DNA of 64,000 nt, taken from Podarcis melisellensis. Lineage: Eukaryota. This document shows positions 63,901 to 64,000 of the stretch, piece after piece. How positions within the stretch are numbered: position 1 is the first letter of the stretch; every line of letters begins with the position of its first letter. The stretch is from assembly GCA_964234715.1 (NCBI GenBank), contig OZ174280.1. The stretch is one strand, 5' to 3'. The translations under genes were made by a program, and so were the position numbers. The notes beneath the pieces are model-generated. The model was not told the DNA's origin. It saw only the letters and a list, made by a program, of their open reading frames with translations, and searched no databases.

Positions 63901-64000
63901 TTCTCTTCCTCCTCCATCTTAACCAGCCTGTTAGCATTTTCAAGGACGGCAGCAACAGTATTGTCATCTGCAGGAGCCAGTCCAGGAATCGGAGGAAAAC
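49781..64000 (-). CDS. CC2D1B: CC2D1B (coiled-coil and C2 domain 1B; Lgd/Freud-2 family), 3' part, 12 coding exons, ~431 C-terminal aa; 5' part lies beyond the window
   Basis: Join(-) 64000-63873,63225-63030,61391-61219,59711-59586,58311-58253,57664-57548,56964-56891,56616-56558,55008-54957,54156-54057,51680-51590,49900-49781. Phases are compatible. Includes a DM14 repeat (LESRRKQYLKAAVQAKKRNDLEQAKAFLRTAK) and the C2 domain. ZFYVE9-CC2D1B tail-to-tail synteny matches mammals. Confidence 0.94.
51590..51680 (-). CDS. CC2D1B: CC2D1B exon, C2 domain
   Basis: SFFRSDKQVGTAHLKLDKLEFECEIREIIE. Confidence 0.93.
52165..52200. repeat. (CAG)12 microsatellite, intronic in CC2D1B
   Basis: Pure 36-nt CAG run. 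Confidence 0.95.
54057..54156 (-). CDS. CC2D1B: CC2D1B exon, C2 domain
   Basis: YDQLFKLNINRNHRGFRRAIQAKGIKFEIFHK; cag| and GG|gtgagt. Confidence 0.94.
54957..55008 (-). CDS. CC2D1B: CC2D1B exon, C2 domain
   Basis: EQAQKSKTSVIKNTNCP; cag| and G|gtgggt. Confidence 0.92.
55900..56113 (+). mobile_element. MIR/CORE-like SINE with L2-type tail
   Basis: tggcataatggttagagtg A-box-like head, tgaccttgggccagtcac core, AT-rich tail. Confidence 0.65.
56558..56616 (-). CDS. CC2D1B: CC2D1B exon, C2 domain
   Basis: VAPNDLDAFVKFEFHYPNT; cag| and |gtgagt. Confidence 0.93.
56891..56964 (-). CDS. CC2D1B: CC2D1B exon, start of C2 domain
   Basis: IFSELSSTEMHLIIVRGINLPAPP. Confidence 0.93.
57548..57664 (-). CDS. 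CC2D1B: CC2D1B exon
   Basis: FEKLAQICKKDLDILQLAEAQGLDPPSHHFEERTFKIV(R). Confidence 0.93.
58253..58311 (-). CDS. CC2D1B: CC2D1B exon
   Basis: KCLQYSKQFTHLGNVSETS(R); tag| and |gtaggt. Confidence 0.92.
58723..59518 (+). mobile_element. LTR-like element (probable solo LTR or DIRS-type terminal repeat)
   Basis: ~800-bp CpG-rich block in AT-rich intron; TG...CA-like ends; CCAAT, GC-box and ATTTAA in order, AATAAA at ~59425; no clean TSD. Confidence 0.5.
59586..59711 (-). CDS. CC2D1B: CC2D1B exon
   Basis: LPSPPTDDEGDFIIIHHEDLRLSQKAEEVYVQLIKLMRDQHE. Confidence 0.93.
60314..60499 (-). mobile_element. 186-bp hAT MITE, inverted copy of 6781-6966
   Basis: Same length and near-identical sequence; TSD CACTAGAT/CACTACAT. 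Confidence 0.9.
60881..60936. repeat. Compound (GT)n(GA)n microsatellite
   Basis: gtgtgt... followed directly by gagaga... Confidence 0.95.
61219..61391 (-). CDS. CC2D1B: CC2D1B exon, last DM14 repeat
   Basis: LEHLEFLESRRKQYLKAAVQAKKRNDLEQAKAFLRTAKSLEPKIERAKSGKLVDISK. Confidence 0.93.
61555..62005 (-). mobile_element. L2-like LINE 3' end (approximate boundaries)
   Basis: Reverse strand has a YQALNNLGPVYLQDRF-type motif and an (aaat)n tail. Confidence 0.65.
63030..63225 (-). CDS. CC2D1B: CC2D1B exon, Pro/Lys-rich linker
   Basis: GEPSIQAPAPKKPTQLPKKPVQ...EHISPV; ctag| and G|gtaagg. Confidence 0.85.
63873..64000 (-). CDS. CC2D1B: CC2D1B exon (may start at the window edge)
   Basis: FPPIPGLAPADDNTVAAVLENANRLVKMEEEENKEEEEEEDE; donor GAG|gtgtgt. 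Confidence 0.88.

Overview
Vertebrate genomic DNA, almost certainly a squamate (inferred from two Sauria SINEs; possibly a lacertid lizard). The window holds two convergent genes. ZFYVE9 (SARA, Smad anchor for receptor activation) is on the + strand: 17 coding exons, ATG 14823 to TAA 46301, 4251 nt, 1416 aa, with FYVE finger, Smad-binding domain, PP1-binding RVWF motif and C-terminal domain. It also has a probable 5'-UTR exon at 9350-9454, and the edge of a CpG island lies at the window start. The 3' half of CC2D1B (Lgd/Freud-2 family) is on the - strand: 12 coding exons from 64000 to the stop at 49781, plus a non-coding last exon. The two 3' UTRs meet around 48.4-49.0 kb. Introns carry hAT and Tc1/mariner-type MITEs, Sauria SINEs, tRNA-Lys/CR1 SINEs, L2 fragments and an LTR-like element. 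Top observations: (1) a minimal hammerhead-ribozyme motif in a 102-bp Penelope-like insert with a 12-bp TSD, nested in a hAT MITE and sense to the ZFYVE9 pre-mRNA; (2) a ZFYVE9 leader exon that is open in one frame almost end to end, encoding a candidate uORF micropeptide, plus a second uORF overlapping the main start; (3) a young chimeric 970-bp hAT element carrying a hairpin-forming GC-rich minisatellite and sequence shared with a mariner-type MITE. Gene and repeat-family assignments are from recognition only; no searches were run.
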